Positions 28,843-41,290 of a stretch of 64,000 nt of DNA are shown here, in pieces (positions within the stretch are counted from its first letter, which is position 1; each line of letters begins with the position of its first letter). The stretch is taken from assembly GCA_028023455.1 (NCBI GenBank), contig JAQFVV010000007.1, forward strand, positions 19,778,001-19,842,000, in the 5' to 3' direction. The stretch is from Epiperipatus broadwayi. Its lineage: Eukaryota; Animalia; Onychophora. Position numbers and translations under genes: made by a program. Below the pieces are notes generated by a model. That model had not been told where the DNA came from and did not search any database. It saw only the letters and a list, made by a program, of their open reading frames with translations.

Positions 28843-28860
28843 GCCTTAGTTGGGACGCCA
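28843..28860 (-). other. primer-binding site of the nested element
   Basis: Minus strand TGGCGTCCCAACTAAGGC one base from the LTR; primer identity ambiguous (Asn versus bulged Lys). Confidence 0.75.
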
Positions 28861-28861
28861 T

Positions 28862-30412
28862 TGTAACGGGTGTGCTCGTATACCGTATACTTATTTGTTC
28901 TTATCTTAAATAAAAAAATATCTATTTTTTTCTTTATGAAGCCAAATAGTGATAAGAAAATTCGTATTTCTCTCACAGCATATTTATGGACGTCAATCAT
29001 TGACTCCAAGCGCCAAACTTACTTTTTACATAAGTATTATGCTGGAAGAGAAGAATACGATAGTAATAGGGCCTCTCTACTAGCTCAGTACTCAGGGCGG
29101 GTGGCTAATAAACCGTAGGAAAATGTACGGGAGACACTCTATGCAACCAACAACGAAACTCGGATCAATCGTCTAAATTTATGAACTATATTCCATGAGT
29201 CAAATAATAAAACACACACATGCAATATACCTTAAAATAACATATCTTTTATTATAATATTTTCTGCTTTTAATAAAAATATATTTCCCGCACCCTTTAA
29301 CATTTATATAACCCAATAAAACCTATATATGTATTCTGTGTGGACTTTCAATAGAATAAGAAAAACGAACGTATACACAGATAAAATCTAATCAGCTGTA
29401 TTCAAAATGGCCTTATCTTAAAAAAATATAAGTCTCTTGCCTTGGTTCGTTCTCCTTGAGGGTTTCAGAAAACGTAATAATATTTGGAAAATAAAATATC
29501 TTAAGTTCATATTACCTGCAATTTTTGTCCGATGTGATCCCCGGGGATATCAAAATAAGAAGAAAAACACATGAAATCCGAAGTAAAACGTACGAGACAG
29601 TTCATCACGCTTCAGTTCATTCCGAGTCGGATCGATTCCCTTGCGAAAAGTTGATAGGTCTCCGGTAGATGTTCTCCGGTCACTGCCGCATGGCCTCTTC
29701 GGGGCAAGGTCCAGAAATCCCAGCACGCTTAAGCCTTTACCCCACTGTACTCATATTCGGCCGTAGCCTTAGCTATTCTTCTTCAATATATATAAAAAAA
29801 AATGAAAATATTTCTTTTTCTTCTTTCCTCTTTGAAGACCAAAAATAATCTGACACTAGTTTAAAAAAAAAACTACATCTCACTCTCCCTGTCACTTTTT
29901 CCTTTTCCTTTGTTTTCGCAAACACAGTCCGTCCCCTTCTTCCCCACCACGTGGTATAGATGGCCAGTTAAGCTAATAAGCAGAAAGAACTTTTCGCACC
30001 TTCGGACATTTTGGCAATTAACATTCCGGAAACTTTTTACTTCAACCTTCTTTTTAATTTTCATTCAAATTCCCCAGATAAGATTTTCGATGTTTAATAT
30101 ATTTCTTTTTTTTCTTTTACTTACAATAATCTCTTATCTTGGATCCAAAATGTATTCATACGTTCGTTTTCTAAAATTGTCTATCCACACCGCAAATACA
30201 TACATATACCACTTTTACAAAAACAAAACGCAAATTCCCCCCCCCACCCCCTCTTTTCTTACTTTAATAAAATCTTAAACATTTTCTCCCACTAACAAAA
30301 TAAATACTAAAACGAAATAAAATCAAAATTATATGAAACTAATTTTAAAACTATATAACATATGTGTGCGCCTTTCTACCTTGTAACTAGGGTTTAAACC
30401 CGACTAGTTACA
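28862..30412 (-). repeat. nested element 5' LTR (1551 bp)
   Basis: See the 3' LTR. Confidence 0.97.
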
Positions 30413-32368
30413 ATTTATTAGTATTAGATAATTATTTATAAAAGTTGCACATACCAAGTGCACATGTATTTGCTGGAACGAGGGGTATGGGTATATATTA
30501 TGAGTGGCATACGTATATGTAGGCAGATATTATTGTTGAGAACAGGAAAGTAGAAATTTAGAAGACTTTAAAGCAGGTAAAAGAAAAGTTTCTTTTGTGA
30601 GTATAAACTTCCTGAATGAATTGGCAAAATGGATCGCATTGTTCAATAAAAAGAAAGAAAAATAAAGAAAGCAAAATCCAACTGCTTGAATGGATATATA
30701 TATTTTTTGTGTATGTTTGTTTTAATTAAATGGATTTTTCAGAAATAATTTTAATTAAGAAAAATGAACATGGAATGCCATTAGTTATTGAACTATTTTT
30801 CGATTTCTTTTGTGTGGTTAAAGTTGACAAAAGGATTTGTAATTAAAAGTTCAGGAATTTAAAAAGAAAAAGAGAGATATGTAAAAGTCAAGATCGCTAA
30901 GTGTTTTTCCTTTTGTTTGACATTTTTGTAAGAAAATCTATTTTTGAAACAAAGGAATTCCAGCGATCAGGTGGGAGGCAACTGGGATTGATTAATTAAT
31001 TTAAAAAAACAGACAGTTGAGCTCTGCTTGTCTTACGTGCAAGATATTCTAAATTTTAGTTGAAGAAAATTTATTAGCTGAAAAGATGAAAGTTGGAGAA
31101 GCAAATTGTGCAAACTAAACTACATATATGAGTGACCTCATGGATTGCATTGGGTAGAATCACCATCATGCTTGATCGGTGTTTGGACCCCAACCATTTT
31201 AATATGCCATGTTAATATATTCTACAATCAACATCTCCAACTACCCTACATAACTAAAGTTATTTGAATCCAGTGTAGATCATATGCCATTCCGAAATTA
31301 AGCTGAAAGAATAAAGAACAGAAGATTGAATACACCACCTTAGAGGGACTAAAGGAATGAAATGTTAAGTGGAAGTGATGGACACCATATTTGCCTAGGT
31401 AGGATTTCCAGAATCTTTTTGCGAGTGCACTCGGAAACACATACACCAGTTATTCAAATTATATTATACCAGTAAATATACACTTATTTTGCCATTTTCA
31501 ATTTTTAAAGTTAATCCAACCTAATTGCAAGAATATTTCATACTATACCTGTATTATTGAATTTTTTTTTTATTCTCTTCTCCTGAATAATATTTCATTA
31601 AAATATTTATTATATGTATATGTGTGCCATTTATTGATTGTGTTTTTTAAATAAGTAATAATAGATCTGAAGCTAAATTATTGATTTAGTGCGATACATA
31701 TTATAGAATTTATGAGTTCCAAAATCTTATACACGTGCATGCTGGGGTGAATTTAATGATAATTTATAGCAAGACAGATTAGATAGCAAAGTATATGAGG
31801 ATTGTAAAAGATTTAGTTTAAACTTTAATGGGATAACAGAAATAGAAAGATATAGAATGAATTGATTTGAAATTGCATTCCCTTTTGTTTCTTCTCTGGC
31901 ACATGGCATTACCACACCCTGAGCATTAAGACAGGCAACTAATTAAAAGGCTGAATCAAATAAATATTTAATGGACCCTATGATTCTTGTTGAATAATGA
32001 GTTTGGCGCTTGGCAACGAACAAAATAAATACATTCGTCCATAAACGTAGAGGTCTAGATAAAGTTAAAGCTGGGAGAGTTCGATTTCATTACCTGATGT
32101 GTATGTGTTTTGTTGTCAGTTGCTTCACTTACCCCTTTGAATAACCCAAAGTTTGGGAAAACTTCGCATAAGGGGTGAATGACTCAATTTGTTTTCGGGA
32201 AAACTTCGTATGGCAAGGGCCATTAGTAATATATATGCGTCACTGTAAAAATTCACCCTCGGAAAGAATAACTGTAAAAAATTTGGTTTGATAAAAGTAA
32301 AGGTTTGAATTCAGCTAAATTATAATTTTAAAAACGTAAACAGTACTCAGAAGAGGGTTAAATTGTTT

Positions 32369-32440
<72 letters not shown>

Positions 32441-32443
<3 letters not shown>

Positions 32444-32760
32444 ATATTCAACCTCTGCAGGATTGTCTTCAATTTTAATTCAGTTTTTCCAGTCTGTAGC
32501 TTCTCTTCTCCACATCATATGAATAAGCTTTGTTATTTTATCCATCTCACATATGGCCTCTTTTTATGTCTTTTTACAATCTTTCGGCATCCAGTTGAAA
32601 TTTTAATTATCAATTTATTATTATCTTTTTTAACAATAAGTCCAGACTAGTTCCATTTTAATATCTGCATTTTTTATGGATATTCAATATGTACAACTCA
32701 GAATAAGATTCATATTTATGATAATTAAGTTGGAACATGTTATTACTAGAATTTACAAGT
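32441..32760 (-). mobile_element. decayed RTE LINE 3' fragment
   Basis: The reverse complement resembles the last ~300 nt of the RTE ORF at 52400-52715; the antisense ORF 32363-32650 parallels 52370-52753. Confidence 0.7.
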
Positions 32761-33199
32761 TTGATTGTCTAAAGATAATTTTTTAACAAATTTACAGTTG
32801 ACAACCACTTTTTCATATCCATATAAGTTGCAACAAGTTTGCTAAAAAATGAAGCTTTGGGATTTTGACTGTAATCTTGTATTCAGACTTAGATACATGT
32901 GAATAAAAGTATATATGCACATGCTTTTAAGTGTGTGTGAGTGATTATAATGAATTTAATATGTAATTAATGTGCAATAACGCTACATAAGAATTAAAAT
33001 ATGAATTAATGTTAACATACAATCTATTTATTTTGCTTTCTGAAAGAGTTCTATTCACTTTATTCTAAAATCATCCTTTATAATTTCGAAATAAACAATA
33101 AATATCAAATGGCAGTGCTTTATGGCCATGATCTCAGAATAGCTTCTGACTTATAGCTATTATTAATGGGAAATTGTGGATCTAATACATTTATTTATA

Positions 33200-33276
33200 T
33201 GTCAAAGCGAGAGGTGAACCCGGGCCAGCTTCTTGGTAGGCAGCTATGCTAGCCGCTAGGTCATTAATGCTTGACA
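33200..33276 (-). repeat. tRNA-Gly(TCC)-derived short repeat / SINE head (decayed)
   Basis: Minus strand TAGCATAGCTGCCTACCAAGAAGCTGGCCCGGGTTC closely matches eukaryotic tRNA-Gly(TCC) TAGCATAGCTGCCTTCCAAGCAGTTGACCCGGGTTC; flanked by TGTCA...TGACA. Confidence 0.65.
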
Positions 33277-34169
33277 TTTTACATCAATAAGCGACTTTCA
33301 ACTAGTTTTTATATATTAAGTTAATAGATTAATATTTAAAAATGCCAATTAAAATTTTGAACTAGTTATAATTATATTTTTTCTTTTTTTAGTTATTATG
33401 ATATGCATATCAACTAAATAATGTGACTTTCTTCTGACTATATATTGAAAATGTTTCTAATCTACTACCAGAGTGATAGAAATATAAGAATTTTTTGTTG
33501 TTTTATTTTCTAGTCCTAAGAAAGATAATTTTATATATACAGCATAAATATTTTAATTTAAGTTAATAATTGATTTTTGGTCAAACTTATATAAAAATAT
33601 TCTTTACCATACATTAAACATATTGATCACTTAACGTTTTACCTGCTTGGTTTATAGCACAATGATAGAGAAACATAGTCTTGAAATTCAAAGTCCATTT
33701 ATTACAGGCCTGATCTGTCAATTTCAGAGCTTTAACTTCCTATGAACTTCCAAAAACCATTCGATTGAAGTTTTTTAACAAGATCTCAATAAACAATATA
33801 AACAATTGCATGGCCAACAGTATATATATATATATATATAGGATATATTTCATAATATATATATATATATTTGAAATTATCCCGATTAGTAGCCATTAGT
33901 AAACAAATACCTTCTGTTTTTAATGTGATTATGCAAATTAAAGTTTACCACAAGCACTTCCTCTTATATCATATGTTAATCATTTAATATGTTTATCAGG
34001 CCATGTTATCTATTAGCTGTACAATAAACGTTTTTTCTAAAGGCCTTTACTATCTTATCTAATTGTAGCCATCTATTTTACTATATTCTTGGCTTTATCT
34101 ACTTAATTAAATCACTGAATATACTCTGCCACTCATGGCAAACATTCAAAGATATCTGTTGTTAAGCAA

Positions 34170-34700
34170 GTAATTGCATTTCAAAAGCATTTCTTTAGAT
34201 GATCCATTTTCTAATTTTTTCTTGCACAACATAGTTTTGAAATGGCCCCTAAGTGTGAAAAGATTAGGGGTTCTCATAGGCCATTCTATGGGGCCATCAA
34301 TCCTTTGTATGGCAATTTTTGAAACACCCTGGATAATAAAATACCTTATATGTTAAATCATTAAATATAACAGGAATACATTAGAGTAACTTGCATCTGC
34401 TATCTCAAAAGTACTAGAATATTTAGATTGCTTCATAATCTAATGTTAATACTCATCCAAGCTAAGAATTTCTGAAGGTTTGTTAAATAATGAAACATCT
34501 AAAATGTTTGAGTATTAATTATTAAAAAAAATAACAATTTGTAGATCAGACTTTAAAATAGAAATAATTAGCAATCATAAGATGAAATTAATATTTTCTT
34601 TTTAATGTGCTCAAGTTAAAAATCCAAGGAAAACTTATTTCACATCCTAGTGCTTGGGTTGTGAAACTACCTACAACTAACTGTTTGAAAGATCTCCAAA
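34170..34700 (-). mobile_element. decayed Tc1/mariner-type transposase fragment
   Basis: Minus strand reads RIDGPIEWPMRTPNL..LRGHFK at about 34220-34310, resembling the WIGRGGP..WPPRSPDL..LWG.LK motif. Confidence 0.4.
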
Positions 34701-35939
34701 CCCATCCATGTTTAACAACTGTTTTCAATATTTTGCAATTATAATTATTAATAATAATACTTCCCGTCTGGCAACAAGCTTGGTGTAATATACTATGAAT
34801 AATCTTCCGTGGAAAATCAACTAATTTTGTATATATATATATATATATATATATCCACAAATCGTTTTAATCAAAGATGGTCAAATTTCTTCATCAAATA
34901 CATGAAATAAAAATCAAAAATAAGAATTTTGTTTATATTTTATTTTGATTGGATTGGCAATGAAAACTATATCTATTGTTTTTAAATCTCTAAAATCACA
35001 TTGAGTTGCTAGTAATTAGCCATGAAACATTTATTCAATAAAATGTAATTACTTTTACTATATTTTCAATTTCTTCTGTTTTTTAGCAATACTTCCTTAT
35101 ATTAGCTTCAACATATCACAGCCACCCATCAGCACAAAATACTCAGTCTACCCTTTATCACTGCACATTATTTTAAAAATAGTTTTAGATAGAGATAAAT
35201 TTGAGATATTAAAGATGTAAGACTCCACATTGTTGAGCTTAATCCTATGTTAAAGAAATTTTAGATATTTTATATTTCTAGCAAATAGTCTGAATTTTAT
35301 GTAAATGCAGTATAGTGAAGTTGAGATGATAAAAGCACTGATGTAAACAAATAAATACTTTTTCTATATTGGAGAGCAAGGTTTTTCTCTCATCAATCTC
35401 TTTTTTGAATTTCCATCTGACTTTAAAACTTCAATTCTTATATCCAGCATTTCACTTTTAGACCATGCTTGTGTGACTCTCAAATTATATAAATTTCAAA
35501 ATCGACACCACTCTATAAGTTTACATTTAATCAACAATTTCCTACAGAATTCATATTAACTATAGATGACTTTTTTAATATGATAATTTCAGATCATTCT
35601 ATCATCAGCTACAGTACCTTTTTTAGTTGAAACTTGGTTTTCAAAAATAATTAAATAATTGCTGCTGCAAGAGATTAACAAGTTATGAGTCAAATAATTT
35701 CATAAAACAGTGTATTGATGACAGATTCAACCATGCAAACCTTTTCTCAAATGAGTGCTGCCAAAGCTTAAATCTGAAGCACGTCAATTGATAACACTTT
35801 TTAACCAGAATGCAATAACACATAGATTAAAAAGATTATACCAAATCTCTTGGAGCACATAAGAACCAATGCAAGTTATATATGATCAACTTCTTCTTAA
35901 ACTTTTGGTATTTCTATTTTATCAAAAGATAACTTTTTT

Positions 35940-37520
35940 TTTTCTGGTACCAATCTTGACATGGAAATTCTTAAGAACTTAAAATCTAGTCTAATAGTAG
36001 CTTATCAATATTTTCCCATTACCCACTACAAAACACAATCTCCTCAAAAAAAATTTATTAAAAAGCAACAAATATACCAAGAAATCATGCATCTTGAAAC
36101 ACACACCTTTCTAACTATAGATTTTATCCCAGCTAATGTCTTCAGGCAGCTTAACTATATCATAATTTTTGCATAAATTCTAAAATCTATTCTCCTCGAG
36201 CAACCATAACATCCCCAGCTTTCTACTAATATAATATTTTACCTGTCATAAATCAAATACAGTCTACCATTCTGTAAATAACTCAGTGTCTCATTATACT
36301 TGAGGATATTGATAAAAGAAATCTTTATGAGAATAATTTTAAAGAAGCTAAATGAACTTATTCTGCCAAAACTATCAATTTTACATTGTACAGCAAGACA
36401 TTGCTGTGCCTCTCAAGATCTTCTTTTAGTACAAGAATCAATCTTATTTGCCAAAGAAAACAAACTTACAGATTTTGTTGCATGTCAAGTCAACTTTAAG
36501 ACAGTTTTGATCTAGTCTCTTAGAAATACTTTTTCACTGCTATACACAAACATCTCTTGGAAGACAATAATCTGATAATTGCTATCCAGAACAACCTTAC
36601 TAATAGATCAATTAAACTGAAGCATTATATGTGACTGTTGGCATCTTTTAAACCTAGTTTTGGCATTCCACATGAATTATTACTTGTTTCATTGCTATTT
36701 GCAATTTATATAGATTATCTGATATTAAGGAAATTAAACACTATCAAAGCCATGTCCTTCATTGAGGATGTCCTGATAATCTTCAGAAATCTTTTAAAAC
36801 ATTCCCATTTTTAATATTTTAAGTAAATTCCAAATATCAATTGGTTCCATAATACAAGTTTGCAATTAATCTTTGTATCAATTGTCTACAAAAACTACCA
36901 TGCTTTATTCAGGAATAACCCCTTGCTGTTTCTCTGCATCCCAATTAATCTGCCTAAAATGCAATTAAGCTGTAATTTAAAGTCTCATCATGAACACATT
37001 CAGTACAAAAATGGATGTATTTTACCTTAAAATGCTGTATGCCTTTGTGAAAGTTTGTATAATGAATGCTATGCTTAGTGGAATACTTACTTACTATATA
37101 TAGCTAACGAGTGTGGCTTTTTAACAAGACATTATAAACTTCTATCTGTAATAAAATCATACAACTGAGGCTCAACTTCATATATTTTATCCATCAGAAC
37201 ATCATGCTTTCCTCCATGCAAAGGAAAGTTCAATTTGATATGTATCAAATCTTTTGCAATTTATATTAGGGGCAAAATATATATTGTCATACTTATTATT
37301 TCAATATTTAGAGCCATTCCTCCTCCAATATTATTGCTTCTTTCAATTTCTTATGTCAAGTGCTTCTTTTTCACAGATCATTTCATTGAACATGTTGATC
37401 TATTAGACTAATATAACATCAAATCTTTCATTAGTATATCATTTAAACATTTAAATAAGATGACTTATCCATCCAGACATCTATAGACAACCTTTCCAGT
37501 TATTCAAATTCTAACAAAGT
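35940..37520 (+). mobile_element. decayed L1/Tx1-like RT
   Basis: ORF 36300-36515, RILIKEIFMRIILKKLNELILPK...QESILFAKENK...CQVNFKT, follows the KIL.KIL..RL...DFxKAFD layout; LLFAIYI and DD-like remnants lie downstream. Confidence 0.55.
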
Positions 37521-38228
37521 TCTAAAATCTTTGTGCCTTTCAATGACTGTTGAAATTTCTTTTTACTTTATTACAGGATACAATTTCAACAAAAATGTTT
37601 TTAATAAGCAATTCAAGCTAATTCATGAATCTATGTGTCTTGTGCAACAATTATCCAGAAGAAATCAAAATTGCACATGCTTCTCATCTCTACATGTATT
37701 TGGATTTCATAAGCATGCAATCAAGCTCAAGTAAATATATAAAATATATACAAAAATACTTTCAGCCCCTTTAATGCATTTGTAATTATTCACATACAAA
37801 GAGCCATGTGGCTTGCATGTTATTCCATAACATTTGACAATAAGAAATGCAATGCACTCAAAAGAAATAACTAAGAATGGTTCAATTCATATCTATATTC
37901 TCTCATTTTTTTATCCAAGAACATCATGACCAAAACTTGGCAATCAACAATCTGTCTCAGTTGTGCTCTCTAATAGCTTAGACCTTTATTTCCATTAACA
38001 TTTCCCATCAGATTTCATTTTTGAAAATAAATACCTAAATTCTTTTTCAGTTTAGTCATCGTGATTGTATTATAATATGACACTCCTCAAATTTGAATTA
38101 CAATTCATTGAAGTTAACAACTTATCATTACAGCTGTAGTTTCATTAAACTTTTCCTATGTAACATAAATTTATTCTAGCAAATATATATTCAAATTTAA
38201 ATGTATTAACTATAATAAACCTAATGTA

Positions 38229-38572
38229 ATTAGTAGGAACTTGAACTCAGACTTTCAATCTCTTTACAACTATACACTCATTCTTTTACAACTAATACAA
38301 ATGACCACATAATGTGAAAAAAATAAATGATCTCCAATATACATACTTCATGCTGAACCGCACATATATGTGGTCATATGTATAGGTTGTTAAGATTGAG
38401 TGCGTAGTTGTAAAGAGCTTTAAAGTCTGAGTTCAAGTTTCTTCTAATTATTTTATTTGAGTAATGGGTCAGCATGAAATATGTATATTGGAGATCGTTT
38501 ATCTTTTTCACATGTATGTGGTCATGTGTATCAATTGTGTAAGATTGAGTGCATAGTTGAAAACCTGAGTTT
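38229..38572. mobile_element. fold-back family B, rearranged copy
   Basis: Inverted termini at 38229-38290 and 38397-38448. The left arm stops in hammerhead stem II (CATGCTGAACC), and an extra right-arm piece GGGTCAGCATGAAATATGTATATTGGAG lies at about 38466. Confidence 0.75.
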
Positions 38573-39242
38573 TAATAAATATATTAATATTTGTATATAG
38601 TTTGTTATTAATAAACTTTTTCAATAATAATTATATATACATTTAACAATGATATTTTTATAATAGTTGCTACAATCGTTTTATTTCTTTTATAAATTGG
38701 AATATTTGAAACATCCTTAAAATCAGATAATATAATAAGTTCTTGGTTCCAATATTGCAAAAATAAAAAATAAAAACAATTGTTTTGAAGCTAACTTCCA
38801 TGTATAATCACTGTTACAAAATCATCATGGTAAAAATAAAAAGATTTAAACCTTTTTTTTTTAAAAAAAAATAAATTATTTTACATAGTCAATATGTTAC
38901 AATATATAATTTTCGTCTTTTTATTGTTAAATGAATATTATATTAAAAATGATTTTTTATTGCTTATAAAATTGAATTAAATTCAAATTTTTTATTATGA
39001 AAGTAATTGCTATTTTTTATGCTTGTTCATATTTTATTCAATAAAAAAAATATTAAAAGTAAAGCTTCATTATTATATAATATATATTAAACATTTGCTT
39101 TGTGTTAATTTAATAATTGCAAGCATAAACGTTCGTGATCAGTAGCTATTAAATTTTACGTGCATCAATGCAATATTTTTTAATCTATCTAACTTGTTAA
39201 TTAACGTGCCAATTTTACATTTAATTAATTGAAAATTATGAA

Positions 39243-40324
39243 TCATCATCATCAATTATCGATCATTGCAGTGAATATATCTCCAAGTTCAATCCAGTTC
39301 TCCAGTCTCCTCCGCAACATACCAGCAAACTGCATTATTTCATCCATCCATCTTACATATGATCACCTTCTAGATCTTCTGAAATCTCTTGCAATTCTTT
39401 TAAGATTTCAACTGTCCATCTATTATAATCTTTTATAGAAACATGACCATCCCAGTTTTATTTCCATTTCTTTAGTCTTTCAATGATGTCAATAATACCT
39501 GACTATTTTCTCACCTATGTATTTCAATTTTCAATAACTTCTTGTTACTTCTAATATACATCTCTCCATATTTTGTTGAATGATATGAAGACTCTGAATT
39601 TGCATTTTTGTTAATAACTTCCTTTAGGATATTTATATCCATAAATAAGAACTTGTAAACTTCCTTTATCAAACACTTAGGATATTTCCTTTTAATGTTA
39701 AGTTATTTCTATCAAGAGCACGCCAACAGAGTTAATTTTATGATTAATTTCATCCATTATAATTTCAACTGTAGTAATAATCTGACCAAAGTATTTGTAA
39801 TTGTTAATTGTTTATAATTCATTATTATTAAACTTTATTTTCTTCTTCTGAGAAAATCTTTTGAATATTAGTTTAGACTTTTTAGCATTTATTTTTAGTT
39901 CTACTTTCTGACTTTTATTTAATAACTCTTGCAACATTTCCTGAAGCTCTAAAGCAGTGGCTCTCAACCTTCCTAATGCTGTGACCCTTTAATACAGTTC
40001 TTTATGTTGTGGTGCTCCCAACCTTTAATTTTGCTATGTTGTGAATCAAAAATGTGTTTCCAATGGTCTTAGGCAATCCCTGTGAAAGGGTTGTTCGACC
40101 CTCAGAGGGGTCATGACCCACAGGTTGAGAACCACTGCTCTAAAACATACATCATCAACAAAGTCTAGATGACTTAAATAATCTCCATTTATTTTTAATT
40201 CCTTAGCTTCCCATTTCAATCCATAAAATACTTCTTGCAAAATTGCTGCAAAAAGGTTTGGAGATATGGAGCCACCCTGTCTCACCTCTTTTTTAATGTT
40301 AATCTTCTTAGTATCATCATGCAT
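39243..40324 (-). mobile_element. decayed RTE LINE 3' part, interrupted by a hAT MITE
   Basis: (TCA)n tail at 39243-39253; ORF 40046-40324(-), KINIKKEVRQGGSISPNLFAAILQEVF..HLDFVDDV, is nearly the same as the RT of the 49.9 kb element. Confidence 0.85.
39955..40137. mobile_element. hAT (Charlie group) MITE resembling SPIN/URR1
   Basis: 16-bp TIRs CAGTGGCTCTCAACCT / AGGTTGAGAACCACTG; 8-bp TSD CTCTAAAG / CTCTAAAA. The internal sequence (CCTAATGCTGTGACCCTTTAATACAGTT...CCCTGTGAAAGGGTTGTTCGACCC...GACCCACAGG) matches my recollection of SPIN non-autonomous/URR1 consensus. Confidence 0.85.
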
Positions 40325-41043
40325 TATTTTAATTAAATTACTTATAAATTTTTAATCTTAGCAATTAGGTTAATTTTAAAATGGATTTTTTTAATATTAA
40401 ATTTATAATAATTTTGTTATTGTTAAATAAAAAATACTATGCCACTGATAAGAAAGCAGGGCTTATGGATATACAATGGCTAACTAAGTAGGTCAAAGGT
40501 GTTGTTCAAATGAGTCTATATATTAACCAAATAATTTTGATAAAAAAATTATAATAAAAAAAATTATAATTTTTGATAATGATAAAGTTTATAGTTTTAT
40601 ATATTATTAATATTTGAAATAATTGAAAAAAAGTAATAAAATAATGTTTATTGATAAATCTGAAATTATATCGATACACACTTTGACAATCATTCAGAAG
40701 AAAAACAATTACAGACCTGAACATTGTTTTAAAATGAATGTGTATTACTCATCCTTGGATGTAATTGTAAATCAAAATTATAATGATTTCAAAGAATGAT
40801 TCAAATAATTACTATATTTTCTTTTATATTTATGAAAACATAACTCTCTTTCATCTGAAAATAAATTAAACTAGCAAAATTTTTTGCAAACATATACTGA
40901 AGATTTTATAAAGATGTTTATTTTACTGTTTTGAACATTACGCAATTTATTTAAAACGAAACTGCTATACGTGATGTGGTTGCACATCTGTTAAACTTAA
41001 TTGTTATAAAAAATGTACTTACATCATCATTTAAGCTAATAAA

Positions 41044-41290
41044 TATCACATGATCACCATTTCTTATGGTTGCTTTTAACTGTTATTAAGACAGGCAAAA
41101 CTCTCTATACGTATTGCCACTCAGTGCAAGCCAGAGTAACCAATGGATGCCAGAAGGGATGTGCATATAATCCCCATCTAGTGCCTACTCATCCAATATT
41201 CCCAGACTAGTTTCTGGCTTGACCAGAAACTAGTCTGCTCTGGCTTGCACTGAGTGGCAATACATATAGAGAGTTTTGCCTGTTTTAATA
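41044..41290. mobile_element. fold-back family A, internally deleted/rearranged copy
   Basis: ~55-bp IR (41085-41136 / 41238-41290) plus a perfect 15-bp hairpin CAGACTAGTTTCTGG-cttga-CCAGAAACTAGTCTG (41203-41237). Confidence 0.8.

Larger units (their letters stand above)
25464..30412 (-). mobile_element. young non-autonomous gypsy-type LTR element nested in the host 3' LTR, TSD ATTT
   Basis: LTRs at 25464-27016 and 28862-30412 are near-identical with TGTAAC...GTTACA ends. ATTT occurs at 25460-25463 and 30413-30416, and removing the element restores the 5' LTR sequence. PBS and PPT are on the minus strand. Confidence 0.97.
21973..32370 (+). mobile_element. non-autonomous gypsy-type LTR retroelement (host), inserted in (TA)n, TSD ATAT
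   Basis: TG...CA LTRs at 21973-23997 and 25391-32370 (the latter split by a nested element), PBS at 23999, purine-rich tract before the 3' LTR, decayed gag and no pol; flanked by (TA)n at 21952-21972 and 32371-32440. Confidence 0.95.
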
